Positions 12,049 through 26,906 of a stretch of DNA of 64,000 nucleotides are shown one piece after another (positions within the stretch are counted from its first letter, which is position 1; every line of letters starts with the position of its first letter). The stretch lies in assembly GCF_009914755.1 (NCBI RefSeq), contig NC_060925.1. One strand, written 5' to 3'. The position numbers were made by a program, and so were the translations under genes. The DNA comes from the human T2T-CHM13v2.0 reference genome, Homo sapiens. Below the pieces are notes generated by a model, which worked only from the letters and a program-made list of their open reading frames with translations, was not told the DNA's origin and made no database searches.

Positions 12049-12099
12049 GCCTCTGCTACACAGAAGCATCAGCCTCTGCTACACAGAAGCATCAGCCTC
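12049..12099. repeat. 23-bp tandem duplication
   Basis: GCCTCTGCTACACAGAAGCATCA x2 (identical) + GCCTC. Confidence 0.9.
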
Positions 12100-12749
12100 C
12101 CCATGTGTTACTTTCATGTACAAATGTCAGCCTTTGTGCCTATCTCAAAGGCCTCTCAATCAGTGCATTAACTGTTGAGGTTTTGGGGCTGCTAATTGCT
12201 CTCACTCCTTAAATCCCCCTTTAAGTTTGTAATCAATTGAAAAATAGAAGAATAAAACATGGAGTTAAAACAATAGTAATACTAGAGTTGAGAATGCATG
12301 GTTTGTATTTGTAATCAGACTTATTTTAAATCACCCTTTCTTGCCTGTTAATCCGTAATATTGGAAACAGAGAGACAAGAGCCTCCAAGCCCACCACTGT
12401 GAGACCACCTGAGACCTCCAATTCTCTTTTGGAATTAGGAGTGGAAGTGAGTGCCTTCACCCCGTGGACAGGCAGTTTCAATAACCCAGAAGGTGCTGAG
12501 TGAAGCATGCCCCGTTTATTTATCCCCAGTGTCACCCATCATATAGTCCATTATATTTGCTTTGGAAGGAATTAATGATATGGAAGGAAGAACAGAAGCA
12601 TCTTTTTGCCAAAACTTCAAAAATAACTGACCCTTCTATTTTAATGAGCAAGATTAAAACCTGGGGAGAAGGAGAGGATAGTTTGTTGACTTCCTTTGCA
12701 GAGGAATGTGTGCCTTGTTCAGGGGGCACTGCTTGAGATTCTATTACTA

Positions 12750-13481
<732 letters not shown>

Positions 13482-14150
13482 TGACTCCAAGGCATTTGGA
13501 GGAACCTTGTCCTTGATTTGGTACCTACAGAATGGCATTTATCTTCTACCTGAGGGAAGGGATAGGAGTAAATACCTGGGACAGAGTCAACACTGGATAT
13601 TGGGATAAAGGAAGAGAACTCTGGAAGCACTTTTTGGACTTCCTAAGTCCCAGAGTCATTGACAAAGGAAAATGAGAATAAAATCTCTTAGTTCCTCCAA
13701 GCTTCCTAGGATTCAACAGTAGACGTTTGTGGGGACTAACTAAAGCCACCTGAGTTTGATCCAGTATTCACCTCATCAACTAGCTTTTATTGAGATCTAT
13801 TATATGTTTAAAGAAATTCTCCTGCCAACTAGACCTCAAGAAACTTTGGTTCCAGTGGAAGCACACACGTGTGCCCCAATCCACAACCGCCCCCCTACAC
13901 AACATGCATGTGCTAGCAAACATAGAGCAGAATTGTAATGCAGTAGGAGTTCAAAGAGGAGACAATGCTGGTTTTGTTTTGCCAGAGCCTTCGGGAACGT
14001 TTAATGGAGAGGACAACATTTCAGCATAACATTGAATGCCTGACAGGTTTTACGTAATTTGGAAGAAGAGAATGAGCATTACAAGCTCAGGTGGGGACAA
14101 TTTAGAGAAAGAGAGCAAAACCTTAGTTGTTGGGAAGAGAATGAGCAAAA

Positions 14151-14205
14151 TGTGTGTGTGTGCATGTGTGTGTGTGTGTGTGCACGCACGCACATGCGTG
14201 TGTGT
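14151..14205. repeat. Alternating purine-pyrimidine (TG/CA/CG) microsatellite
   Basis: 55 nt of uninterrupted pyrimidine-purine alternation. Confidence 0.9.
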
Positions 14206-15379
14206 TTAGTGAGGCATAAAAGAGGAAGTGTGTAAGGATACCAGACTAGAAAAACCTATATATTTTTTCTTATCTGTAGAATAAGAGCCTTTTTGTGCCT
14301 TCCCTACCTGACCTGTCCTGGGCATCTGTGGTGCTGCTAATGTAATTTCCATACTTAAGGAGAACATAAATTCCACAGGTGCCTTTTTTAAAAACACATA
14401 GGCTATCCACACCCATTCCCAACCACAGAAAATACTGTATTAACTTGATTCAGGAGCACCTTTTATGATAGCATCTTTCCAAAAGATACACACAAACACA
14501 GGCCTTGTCTCCTCTTCCTCCTTTTGAAGTATCAGCCTCCAGAGACTTATGGGAAAACAGTCCCCTCTGTAGCCTCAAGGACCCCATCTCCATCCTGTGC
14601 CTCCTTCCCAGGCATGTAATACCTTCCTTCCCTTCTCCAAGTAGCAATTCAGCTTGCTTCCCCATGGAGAGAACTTTTTTTTGCCTTTATCAGGAGAAGG
14701 CATGCCTACGCAACAGATACTCAAGGAAGTTATACATCCCACCCCTTCACCCCACCTCATCCAGACACACCCTAATAACTGGTTTTCTGGAGGCAACTAT
14801 ATCAGTCTTATAGTCCCCACAACTCTGGACTCTGCTCTTGAGAGGGGCATTGACTAATAAAAATCTAGGCTTTGTGGTGGTGATCATAAGTGAAGATAGA
14901 TTTTAAAGAAAGAAGAGGGTAGGATAAAGTGGCTAAGGTGAGCTACACCGGGTGGGAAATGGGATCTGAACCGCATTGTTCAGGTTGAGGAGAATTTTGG
15001 TTAGTTGTTAAAAGGGAGAGGAAGGAGTGCCTGATGGAAATTTTGATCGTGCTTTGGGCATTGATGATACAATATTGGATGAGGTCAGTAGAGGTTAGGA
15101 ATGAATTTCCCTGCAAAGTTCTTGGCTCAGATACCTTGATTTTAAGGCTGTGTTAAGTAGTTTTCTTTCTCCTATTTCCCATTCCTTCCTGGACTAGTCA
15201 TATCACAAACATCAAGCTATAAAGAGATTTCTTTCAGCAAATAAAACTCTTTACTAATTCTAGTCCTTTCGGAAAGGCTGCTGGTGATCAGCCAACCACC
15301 CCCTCCTCCCCTCTTCTTCCCTCCCTAGGGCTTTTTATTTTTTTGTCTCTCTCCAGGTTGATAGATTCCCTTGATATAA

Positions 15380-15850
15380 GAGGGAAAGGGAGCCGCTAAA
15401 GAGTTGTGTGTTGTATATCTTCATCAATGTCTGGGCAGGCGAAAGTGAGAGCCTGAGTCAATTAAGTGGAACACCGATGGGGAAGGGGGCGTGGTTGGTA
15501 CAGTTTTAGGAGAGGACGGCGCTAAATCAAGCACATAATTTCCAAAGTGCCACCCATCAAAATCAGCTCTAAACAAGTCTGTGGTAAATTTTTAAAAGAA
15601 CGTTTTAATGAAGAAATGACCATGTTTGAGATTATTTTGCAAGTAATTGAGTAAAATTCCCTAGTGGAAAATGTTTGGCGTCAAGTTCTTAAAAATGCTT
15701 CCTCCTCTTTTTTCCTAATGGACAGAGGCACAAACAGTCTCTAATCACATGAAACACAGCTCTCCTTTCCAGCCTGTAATTATCATGGGGATCCAGAGGG
15801 TGCTAGTTAAGGACTCTGTCAACTTATCCATTAAAAGAGCTGGAGTTAGG
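15380..15850. promoter_or_regulatory. Candidate enhancer (repeat-free, motif-dense)
   Basis: AP-1 TGAGTCA 15454-15460, TAAGTG 15463-15468, GC box GGGGGCGTGG 15485-15494, TAAATCA 15523-15529, several retained CpGs. Confidence 0.35.
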
Positions 15851-16634
15851 TGGGAGTTTGTGTGTGTTTTCCTTCTTTCTTTTTCCTTTAATTTTTTTTT
15901 TCTTTTTTTCTGAAGGAGTTCAGATCACAACCATTTCCAGTGAGGCTGAAACTTTGACACAGATTGTCAATGGGGGAGCAGATTATCCTCAACCAACCTT
16001 AAAATACATAGAAACAAAATGAGAGCTGCTTTGATTTGGAGGGGACCCAGTTGTCTTTCCGGCCCTTATTGTTTTCAAGGTTTCTGCTGATTTGGAGACT
16101 GGGTTTATGCTTGCTTTAGAATTGCCAGGAAAAACAGAGGGGCTTGGTCTCTTGCTTTGAGGGGACAGGGAGGCAGACGCCAATGGTTCATGCCTATCCA
16201 TGGAGTTACTTACCCGCTTCTCTTGCTCCTTCTCTTGTTGGTTGCCAAGAGAAGTGGGGGTAATGCTGGGCTTTCCATTGAAATGTTCCCCAATTAAAGA
16301 AAAAAGGCAACAAGAATGCTAAGAATTATTATTCAAAAGTATTTTTTCTTTCAGTTCTTTTCAATTATGGCTTCTGTTCTAGACCCAAATGGGGAACTTA
16401 CGTATTTTAAGAAGAAAATGGCACAGGAGCAGGGCCGGAATGGGCTTCACAAAAAGACTAATCTCTGTACACTCCACTCTGGGCTTACATGGCACCCAGT
16501 CAGGAAGGCAAAACCCAAGCATGAGGGAAAACTGTAAAATGTTTGTAACAAGTAAAGAATTAGATAACTCCTTATGGAAGGTACAAAGAGCCAGTGCAGA
16601 TCTTTTGGATTATGTGATGCCTGACTTTTTTCCT

Positions 16635-17000
16635 TCTTAAAAACTTCAAGTCACTCCCTGTTTGCTGAGTGACATATAAATTCATCCTAGTGGGTGTTTA
16701 GGACAATCCAAGGCATGGGACTGACTTGCCTTTGCAGCCTAAGCTCTCTGTGCTCCCCTAGGTATACCCTGCGCACCTGCTAAACTCATTTTCTCTGCGT
16801 CCTGGGCCAATCTTCCCTCCTCACTCCATGACTTTGTTCATGTTGCTCTGCCTGCCTAAAATGCTTTTTTCTCAACTTTTAGTTGTTACCAAATATCATC
16901 CGAGTATTTACCAAATATCATCTCTCTCACATATCCTTTCTTAATTCAACCAACTCTAAGCTCCCCTCCCTCCTCTGAAAGCCCCCGGTACTTTGTTCCT
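16635..17000 (+). mobile_element. L2 fragment
   Basis: CATGACTTTGTTCATGTTGCTCTGCCTGCCTAAAATGCTTTT and related L2 3'-region motifs. Confidence 0.55.
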
Positions 17001-18719
17001 CTTCCATTGACAGTGTGTATATTTGGGTATTTTTTATATTTCCTTTCTTTCTAGGTTATGAATAACATTTGTATAATCAACAGGGACCAATTCCCCAGAT
17101 TTTGTCTGATACCCTACTATGGAAAGCTAATTCTGTTTCTTGCCCATTTGTGAGTGCTCTGATTTCTTTTCACTTTTACTGGGGTTTCAGTTGCAATGGA
17201 AGATCAATTATATTCAAACATCCCAGAGAGGTAGGAGACTGCCTCCTCCTTCGTGCAGTTACAGGATTTGGATGAGTCTTTTCCAGAGAAAAACTCCTTA
17301 TTTTTTTTGCTGGCATTTTGAAATTTTTTTGACCAGAGAACCAGGCCTCTGGTTTCCCAGTGAGAGTCACAGCTTATATGCAAATTCAACTGGAAGGGAG
17401 AGAAGAAGTGATTTAAATTCATACTAGGCAGTAAATGACTCCTATAAATTATTTGTTAGGAATGCATTGTGATGGAGACTGTGGCTCTGGATATCTAAAA
17501 ATGAAAGGAAAACAGGAGTATCAGAGAGGGTGCAGGATCTGGGAGTCACTGATGAATAAGCTAGATTTCTCAAAATTTAGCCTTGAACGAGGTTGCAATG
17601 AGAAATTCCTTAAATCAGTAGGATTTCAAATCTAATCTGTCCATTTCCCAAATCCAGGCATGTCCTTACTTCTCTAGGCAGAGATGGACTGAATGCAACA
17701 CAAAACAAAACTATGAGCTACTTTGTGGAAGAGACCCTTGATAATCTACCTCCTGCTTTATTCACTTACTGGAAGGCTTTGGTCTATATCATAATGAAAA
17801 CACCTCCATTGTTTCTATTTTTAATGAAAATTAAAACGGAGAGTTTGCCTGGAAAGAGGTGAAAGAAGAGAGAAACTCCAAGGCCATCAGGTACCCAAGA
17901 GGAGAAAGGAAATGAAACCTCATTTTACCTCTGGCTGACTGAATCCCTTCCCTCTCCACCCCCATGGAAATCTCATATGCCCATTTATGACAGCTCTACC
18001 GTTTGTCTGTCTTGTATCCCTCATTGGCTATGCTTCCATCCTTCTGTCAAGTTCCCACTCCGGATTCAATTTCAAATTGAACTCCCTCCCACTTTCTCTT
18101 ATTCTAACCCAGAGGAGATGGAGAACAGCTGGTCACCATCTTCCTTATGATAACCCTTCATATGGTGTAATTTTATTTCCTTAAATTAATGACAGTGTGT
18201 TGGGTGCCTTCCATCTCAGACACATTTTAATAGATGCTTTTAACATACGGATAGCTGAGGGAGAGAAAACAATGCCTCTGTCATGTTTGGGCACATCCTA
18301 GATTTGAACGTGGTTAAACCCCAACAAAGCTGGCGTCTTCTGATTGGAAGCAGAATTTAGAGGAATTTACACATCTCAGAGCCCCTTTGAGCAGTTAGGA
18401 TGGCGTGGCCCAGTGCAATGTGACTTTGGGTGAGGTGTGATGGGTTGTACAACATCAAACTCTGCTTATTTGTCTGGGATCAATTATTTACTAACTTAAT
18501 AACATTGCTGTCATGATACACGAGCCCTACACTGAGAAAAAATCATTTCTCAGTTTTCACTTGCCAGAATTCTTTGCTCATGAGGCAGGAAGAAAACTGC
18601 ATCAGAAGGGTTCTGGTTACTCATGAAGACTGCTTGTAATCTGTGATGGTACTGGGGAAAGAAATAGCATGCTTAGGAAATTACAGATTTCTGAACTATT
18701 CTCAGAGTTGTTTCCTAAG

Positions 18720-19510
18720 GTTGAAATTCTGGAATTCTACTCACCCTCCATCTTACCACATTCTGTTTTCAAAGTCTTTTAACCCATCCTTCCAGAATTA
18801 TCCATCCCTTCCCATTCCTGTAGCTATCACCCTAGACCAGGTTTTCATTATGTTACTTATAGGCCTTTGTAGTAGCTTCCTAAATGGTCTACCCTCCTCT
18901 GAGATTTTCTAAAGGTTTTCTTTTACTTTATTTCCTCTTTCTCTCTCTCTGTCTGTTTCCGTCCCTCTCTCCCCTTCTCTCATCTTTCTTTCCCTCCCTC
19001 TGTTTCTATTGCTCCTTAGTCTTTTGCCTAAAGTAGATTCTTGTCATGTCACTTTCTGGTCAAAGTGTGGGCTGTGGAGTTTGTATCCCAGCTGTGCCAG
19101 TTACTAGCTAAGTGATCTTGAGCAAGCTACTGACTCTTGGCCTTGACTTCCTCATCTACACAATGAAGAGGTTGAGGGTCGACCCTCTAAGGTCCCTCAA
19201 AGCTCTAGTTTTCTGAAAATAGCTTTTCTTGCATAATGTCTGCCTCCTGAAGCCTTTCAATTCTTCATGCCCAAACTCAAATGTCACTCTTTCCTGGAGA
19301 CTTTGCTGAGGCACCTATTAACGAAACCGCTCCCTTGTCTGAATTGCTGTATCACTTTTTAGTGTGTATCTCTCGAATCTTTTCATTTTCTGCTCATATT
19401 GTATTATATTTTCTTAGGGGAGAGACTCTATACCTTGCCCATTATACAATTCATTCCCCTTCTCTGTAATGTCTGGTCCTATGCCTGACTTGTAGCTGGC
19501 ACTCAAAATA
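18720..19510 (+). mobile_element. L2 fragment with an internal MIR3-like piece (~19065-19215)
   Basis: AGTAGCTTCCTAAATGGTCTACC; CTCAAATGTCACTCTTTCCTGGAG; MIR3-like end CTCTAAGGTCCCTCAAAGCTCTAG. Confidence 0.6.
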
Positions 19511-21272
19511 TGATTTTCCTGGATAGCAGATAGTAAGCTTGGGGCTTTGGTGTAAACATCAGCAAGGTGAGACAGAGTTCATCAAGCATGGATTCACTGG
19601 CTTAGTCCATGGCGGGAGGTTAAGTACAGGGCTGAAGAAGGCTGAGACAGTGAGTTCAGCCAGGGAAGCTTCAAAGAGGGGCTTCATCTGCACCACATAG
19701 AGCCAAGCACACAAAATGTGCTCAAAAATGCTAGATGAATGCAAGAGGAAGCCAGAGATACACAATACCTGATATTAATAATTCATTTATCATTGTGCAT
19801 TTCCAACACTTTCCAGTTATGCTGTCATATTTGATCCCAAACCTTAAAACTGGAACATGTAATAGGGCATATATGACTACCTCCACTATATAGACTTGGA
19901 AGTTGCATAGCTCAAAAACTTGACGGTACTGTGTAGTAACCATGTGCTGGATACCGAGGAGAAAAAAAGGAATGGAGATGGTCCTCACTGTCTATGAGAT
20001 CATAGTCTTGAAAGGGAGGCAGACAGAAAGGCACACAAGAAAAAGCAACCATGACCAGGTAGTATTATCCTGTATTGCAAAGGCTGCTGTAATGGGAGTG
20101 TACCAGGAGAAGACGGCCTGTGTGGATGAGGGAAGGAGTCCAAGCATGAGAATGCTTTAGGTGAATATTAAAGGATGAGTAGAAGCAAGAGTAAGAACTC
20201 AGGAATCCTCAACTCCAAGCATATACTGTTTCTTTTTGGGCAGATAAATGCCCAAACTCAAAATACTTTTCTAATTTGTTGCTCAAAGAAGTTATTCTCC
20301 CAGCTGCAAAAACGAGTAGGTCTACTTTTGGTGTTATGGGCAAAGGCCAGTGCCACATACTGAAATACATATGTGTGCAGGTAGCATTTTCATGGAAAAT
20401 TCATGCCAAAACTTGGGACAGAAAGGGCCCTCCAAGGCTGGGCCCCCTTTGTAGCCACAGCCTGCCTTTGGAGCCCCCGATGTGGGCGACAGCTGTTAAA
20501 GGTTGGTCTCCAGCTGGTGCATTTCTGTTTGCTGGGTCTGGGTTGCTGCAGTCTGGGCTAATGAGACAAAGGGATGAATGGTCTGAGGTCTGGAAAGGTG
20601 GGAAAAGGGAGGCAGGCAGAGGAGGGGCTGGGTGGTGGGGTGACTGACTAATTGCTTTGTTCTGTGGCAGGAGGCCTTTCAGCAACAACAACAGCTACTT
20701 GAAGGCCCATTGCTTAAGTGCTTTTCATCATCATTACCTCCTGTCATTAGTCCCATCAGCTGCTTCCATCAGCTCATTGCTAGTCGGGGGCCATGGCCTG
20801 TCACAAACTCGCTCCGGTCCGCAGCTCTCTCTCTCTGCCTTCATCCGGAGCCAGGTCCTGTTCCTCCAAACTGTCTTTTTTTCTGGCCGTTGGTGCCCAA
20901 CCTGTTCCTATGTTTGATGGGTCCATCTGTTAGGGGCCTGTTGACGGCGGTCCTTGCCATTTGCGCTGCGCCTTTTAGATTGAGAGAGGAGGCATGTCTG
21001 TCGCTGCCCTGCAGGGATGAGTAGCCCTCCAAGTCAGAGTTTTGACTTGCACCCTGCCCTGTGGCTTGGCCCTGCATCTCTCCCTACATAGGTTCCTCCT
21101 AGGCCTTAGTGTCATGAGGACCCAGGAGGGGGTTGCTTTCTCTAGGATCCCAGCAAGAATGGCTCTTTCTCTCTTCAGTCCTAGTGTGCCTAGGCTGTAA
21201 CGGAACTGACATGGATGATACTGAGAGTTACCATTAAGTGCTGATATGTGCCATGCATTGTGCTAGGAACTG

Positions 21273-22783
<1,511 letters not shown>

Positions 22784-22890
22784 TATATGTATATTTAATC
22801 CTCTAACAATGCTGGAGATAACGTTATCTCCATTTTACAGATGAAAAAACTAAGCCTCAGGGAGGCTAAGTAACTTAATTCAGACCACAT
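22784..22890 (-). mobile_element. MIR (right part of an element split by Tigger3b; left part ~21225-21272)
   Basis: CATTTTACAGATGAAAAAACTAAGCCTCAGGGAGGCTAAGTAAC. Confidence 0.75.
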
Positions 22891-22969
22891 TAACATGCCC
22901 TGGGTTTTTATGAATTCAGAGTTGTAATCAGCCGTCGCCTTGTGTGGCCAATTAGTTTATTCCTTAATT

Positions 22970-23210
22970 AACCCTGTGGAAGAGTGTTGGGAAGGCAGGA
23001 CTTGGAATCAAACAGAGTAAGTTAAATTCTGCTCTTGGAACTTAATAAGTAATGGCCATTTAGCAAATTACTTAACTTCTTTGGCTCTCAGTTTTCTTAT
23101 CTGTAAAATGGAGATTTATATCTAGCTTATTACGCTTGTTGAAAGGACTGAATAAGATAATATATGAAAAATGCCTAGTACAGAATCCTCAAAGAATGGT
23201 AACATTATTT
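22970..23210 (+). mobile_element. MIR SINE
   Basis: AGCAAATTACTTAACTTCTTTGGCTCTCAGTTTTCTTATCTGTAAAATGGAGAT. Confidence 0.8.
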
Positions 23211-23344
23211 AGGCCACAATTGCTAATAAGAATCACAATTGGGAAATATCACTAGGCTTATAGCAAGTTGTGTTATTTGAATATCAGACCGATCAATTCA
23301 TGTTTCTTTACTTCTTGTACTTGCAACCAGTGAGAAAAAAAATG

Positions 23345-24100
23345 TGTATATTACAGTAACAAATGGCCTCCAAATCTTACTGGCTTGCTGCAACACAGGT
23401 TTATTTCTCCCCCTACGCTACGTGTCTTAGTCTGTTCCAGCTGCTATAACAAAATATGTAAACTGTGTAGCTTATACCCAACAGAAATATATTCCTTCTG
23501 GTTTTGAAGGCTGGGAAGTTTATGATCAAAGCACCAGCGATATAGGTGTCAGATGAGGGCCTGCTTCCCTGTTCATAAGGAAGCCTCTCTCTGTGTTCTC
23601 ACATGGAGGAAGAGGAAAGCTAGCTCTCTCTGGCCTCTTTCATAAGGGCACTCATCCCATCTGTGGGGGTTCTACTCTCATGACATAATCATCTCCCAAA
23701 GGCCCCACCTCTTAATACTATTACCTTGGGGATTAGAATTTCAACATATTAATTTTGGGGGGACACATTCTGCCCAGAGCACTCTGTGTCCAAATGTCGA
23801 GTGGGTTGGGCTGCGTCCCATGGTCATCTCTACTTTAGGACTCAGGCTGAAAGAGCACTTCCTGGCTGGGCTACTCTAGTGATGACAGAGGGAAAAAGAC
23901 ATGGTGGACCAGAAACTAGCTCTGAAGCCTCTGCTTGGAAGTGACACCTATCACTTCTGCCCACGCTGCACTGGTCACGCAATCCCATGGTCACTCCTGA
24001 GTTCAACACTTGCAGCTCAGTATAAATAACCATTTCACGTGGAGACACACTGCAGGGAGTTGGAAACCAGAGTATTTAGCACATGCTAAGACAATCTGCC
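23345..24100 (-). mobile_element. MLT1J/K-like LTR interrupted by MLT1A
   Basis: ACAGTAACAAATGGCCTCCAAATCTTACTGGCTT...GGTTTATTTCTC; CTCTGCTTGGAAGTGACACCTATCACTTCTGCCCAC. Confidence 0.7.
23423..23781 (-). mobile_element. MLT1A solo LTR
   Basis: TGTCTTAGTCTGTTCCAGCTGCTATAACAAAATA...CCAAAGGCCCCACCTCTTAATACTATTACCTTGGGGATTAGAATTTCAACAT. Confidence 0.9.
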
Positions 24101-24747
24101 CCAAATTGTAAATGGGGCTGCAAATGATTTTGATAATCTTGAAATTTACCGAGTTTGGTCTTATGTACTGCTTAGATTTGCCTAGGGATGTTTAGGTTTG
24201 TTTTTGTCAGTTATAATGAACTGATGTATTGCCTAAAATAGCAAAATACACTTAGGCCTAGTAAAAACATTTTTTATTACTGGAACTCTTGTAGGAAAAA
24301 TGACTTTGTTATGGCATGTTTAGAGATCTCTAGCACCAAGACTTTTTTTCCCTATTAGAATAATTGTTTCTGTAATGTTATTTTTGATAATGTGATATTT
24401 CTTAGAAATACAATCATTATTTTATAGTACAAAAGAATGCATTTCTGTATTTTTCAGAAATCTGAGCTGTAATAGCTTTTGATTGCCCCATGTTCCAGAG
24501 AAAGGAAGCATCAGAAGACTGCTCCCATAAACTTAATTTTCTCTATTTGAACATTTCCTTGCTCCCATCTCTACTGTAGCATTTATCCTGTTTCTGCTTT
24601 ATATTTGAGTTATTTATTTACTTGCTGATCACAGTCTGCTACTAGAATATCAGTTTCTAGAAGGCACCAACTATTTCTTTCTGGTCTCTGTGTCCCTTCT
24701 GCTACCCAGTCTTGCTTTGAATAAGGTTTCTTGAATTGAACTGGGTG

Positions 24748-25153
24748 ATACACCGTGGAATACTATGCAGCCATAAAAAAGGATGAGTTCACGTCCTTTA
24801 TAGGGACATGGATGAAGCTGGAAACCATCATTCTCAGCAAACTATCACAAGGACAAAAAACCAAACACCGCATGTTCTCACTCATAGGTGGGAACTGAAC
24901 AATGCGAACACTTGGACACAGCAAGAGGAACATCACACACTGGGGCCTGTCATAGGGTTAGCGGGGTGGGGAGGGATAGCATTAGGAGATATACCTAATG
25001 TAAATGACGAGTTAATCGGTGCAGCACACCAGCATGGCACATGTATACCTATGTAACGAACCTGCACGTTGTGCACATGTACCCTAGAACTTAAAGTATA
25101 ATTAAAAAAAAATACAAAAAAACACAAAACAAAACAAAACAAACAAAAAAAAA
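24748..25153 (+). mobile_element. 5'-truncated L1PA (L1PA4/5-like) 3' end
   Basis: GGAATACTATGCAGCCATAAAAAAGGATGAGTTC...TGTACCCTAGAACTTAAAGTATAAT plus A-rich tail with (AAAAC)n. Confidence 0.95.
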
Positions 25154-26389
25154 GAATTACCCTTAAATATAATATAAACAAATAGGCTATCTCCTTCTGC
25201 TTCTTGGGTTTAAAAGCCGTAAGAATGTTTTTCCTTCTATAGAAAATAAAGTAGAGCTCTTGCTAAACCATTTCTAGGGATCATAAAGTAGAATCTTGCT
25301 AACTATTCCTAAAGATCAAGGGTTTAATTTGTTCCTTCTAAGTACAAGGCCGACTATGCCAGTTGGAAGCTAATTTTTTTTTTCTTCTGTTCTCACCCCA
25401 CTAAACATTTGCTTGTGCAGATCACATTTAGAGATGTTCTACCTATTGGGTTTTGTAAGATGGGTGGGAGCTGGCGGGGAGGAGAGTGAGAAGGAGGGAG
25501 GTTTGGGGAGAAATGACAGGCAATTGAAAAACAGGGAGAGGCTTGTATACCTTTCTATTTGAAAAAAGAGGGGCTATATGCAGTCCTGATAGAGTCTTTT
25601 ATATTAAATTGAGGGGAAAAAATTCCTTCTCTGATTTTTCTGGCTGAGACCTAGGGTCAGCACAACAAAGCATGATGTTACCTGGTAGCCGATTCAATAT
25701 TCAGCTTTTTCCTAAAGACAAGGGAAAAAGACAAAGGCTGGGATAGTTCCATACAAAATGATTCTATTACCCACCTCTAAATGGCAAGACTTGAATAAGG
25801 AGAAGTCTACTTACTTAAATGATAATGAGTTTTTTACAGCTTGCTTAAGAGTCACATTGACTGCCTTGTTTACCAAAGCAATGGTTGAAATACAGCACAG
25901 AATTCTAAGGACTAAATGAGTGCACACAGGTCTTTTGGGTGCCTAACTAGGGAGCTCGCTTACCTTTGCTCCTTGGGATGCCTGGATGTCCACAGGATAC
26001 CAGATTCTCTACAGGTGTCCAGATTGTATACCCTATTCACTGTGTAGCCTGGTTCTCTTTGCGCAAGCCTTCATTTTGCTTCCCGCTGATCATGAACACA
26101 TGTACATTCCACTTTGTATTTTTGGGTTCCTGAGTTACATAAAGTAGACCAGCACTGCTGATGAGCTTTCCCATTATCTAAAATTGTTTTGGCAGCAGGA
26201 GGCAGGAAGGAGATAAGAGAGGGGCACAGAAGGGGAGATTTTGGCTGGCATCTTCTGCCTTTCCCCACATGGTATTTTTCAGTTTGACAAAAGCCCTTCT
26301 ACATTCATTTTATTGTGATGGTATGACAGGAAATAACCTTGCCTTGTGATCTGTAGACCTGAATTCTAGCCTTACTTTTGACTCTTTTA

Positions 26390-26869
26390 ACTCATTTATT
26401 AAATATATTTTGAGTGCTTTCTACCCTGTGCAAAGCCCTAGGGGGTACAAAGATGAAAAAGTCGTCATCCTTGCCTTTGAGAGATTCAACATTTAGTGGA
26501 GAAGCATGTAAACACAAAAAATGTGGTAAAAATACAACAAGATAATGTGTGTAAAAAGGTATAGTGTATGGTTTTAGATATTCATCCAATAAACGTGAGC
26601 TACTGTTAATATTCCTTCTATTATTAGTGTGCCAACAGAGGCATGTTCAATATGCTGCAAGATCACTAATGAAAGTTTGTGCCTGGGGTGTTAGGTGGGG
26701 AACAAGAGGAAGGCTTCCCAAGAGAAACTGCTTTTGACCAGAGTCTTAGAGGAAGAACAAAAGAGCCATAAGGGAGCAGCTTGGGGTGGGAGGCTGGATG
26801 GGGGAGGGAGAAGTTAGGGAAAGAATATCCTTACGTAGAGGACTATCTGGTCAATGCAGGAATGTATGG

Positions 26870-26906
<37 letters not shown>

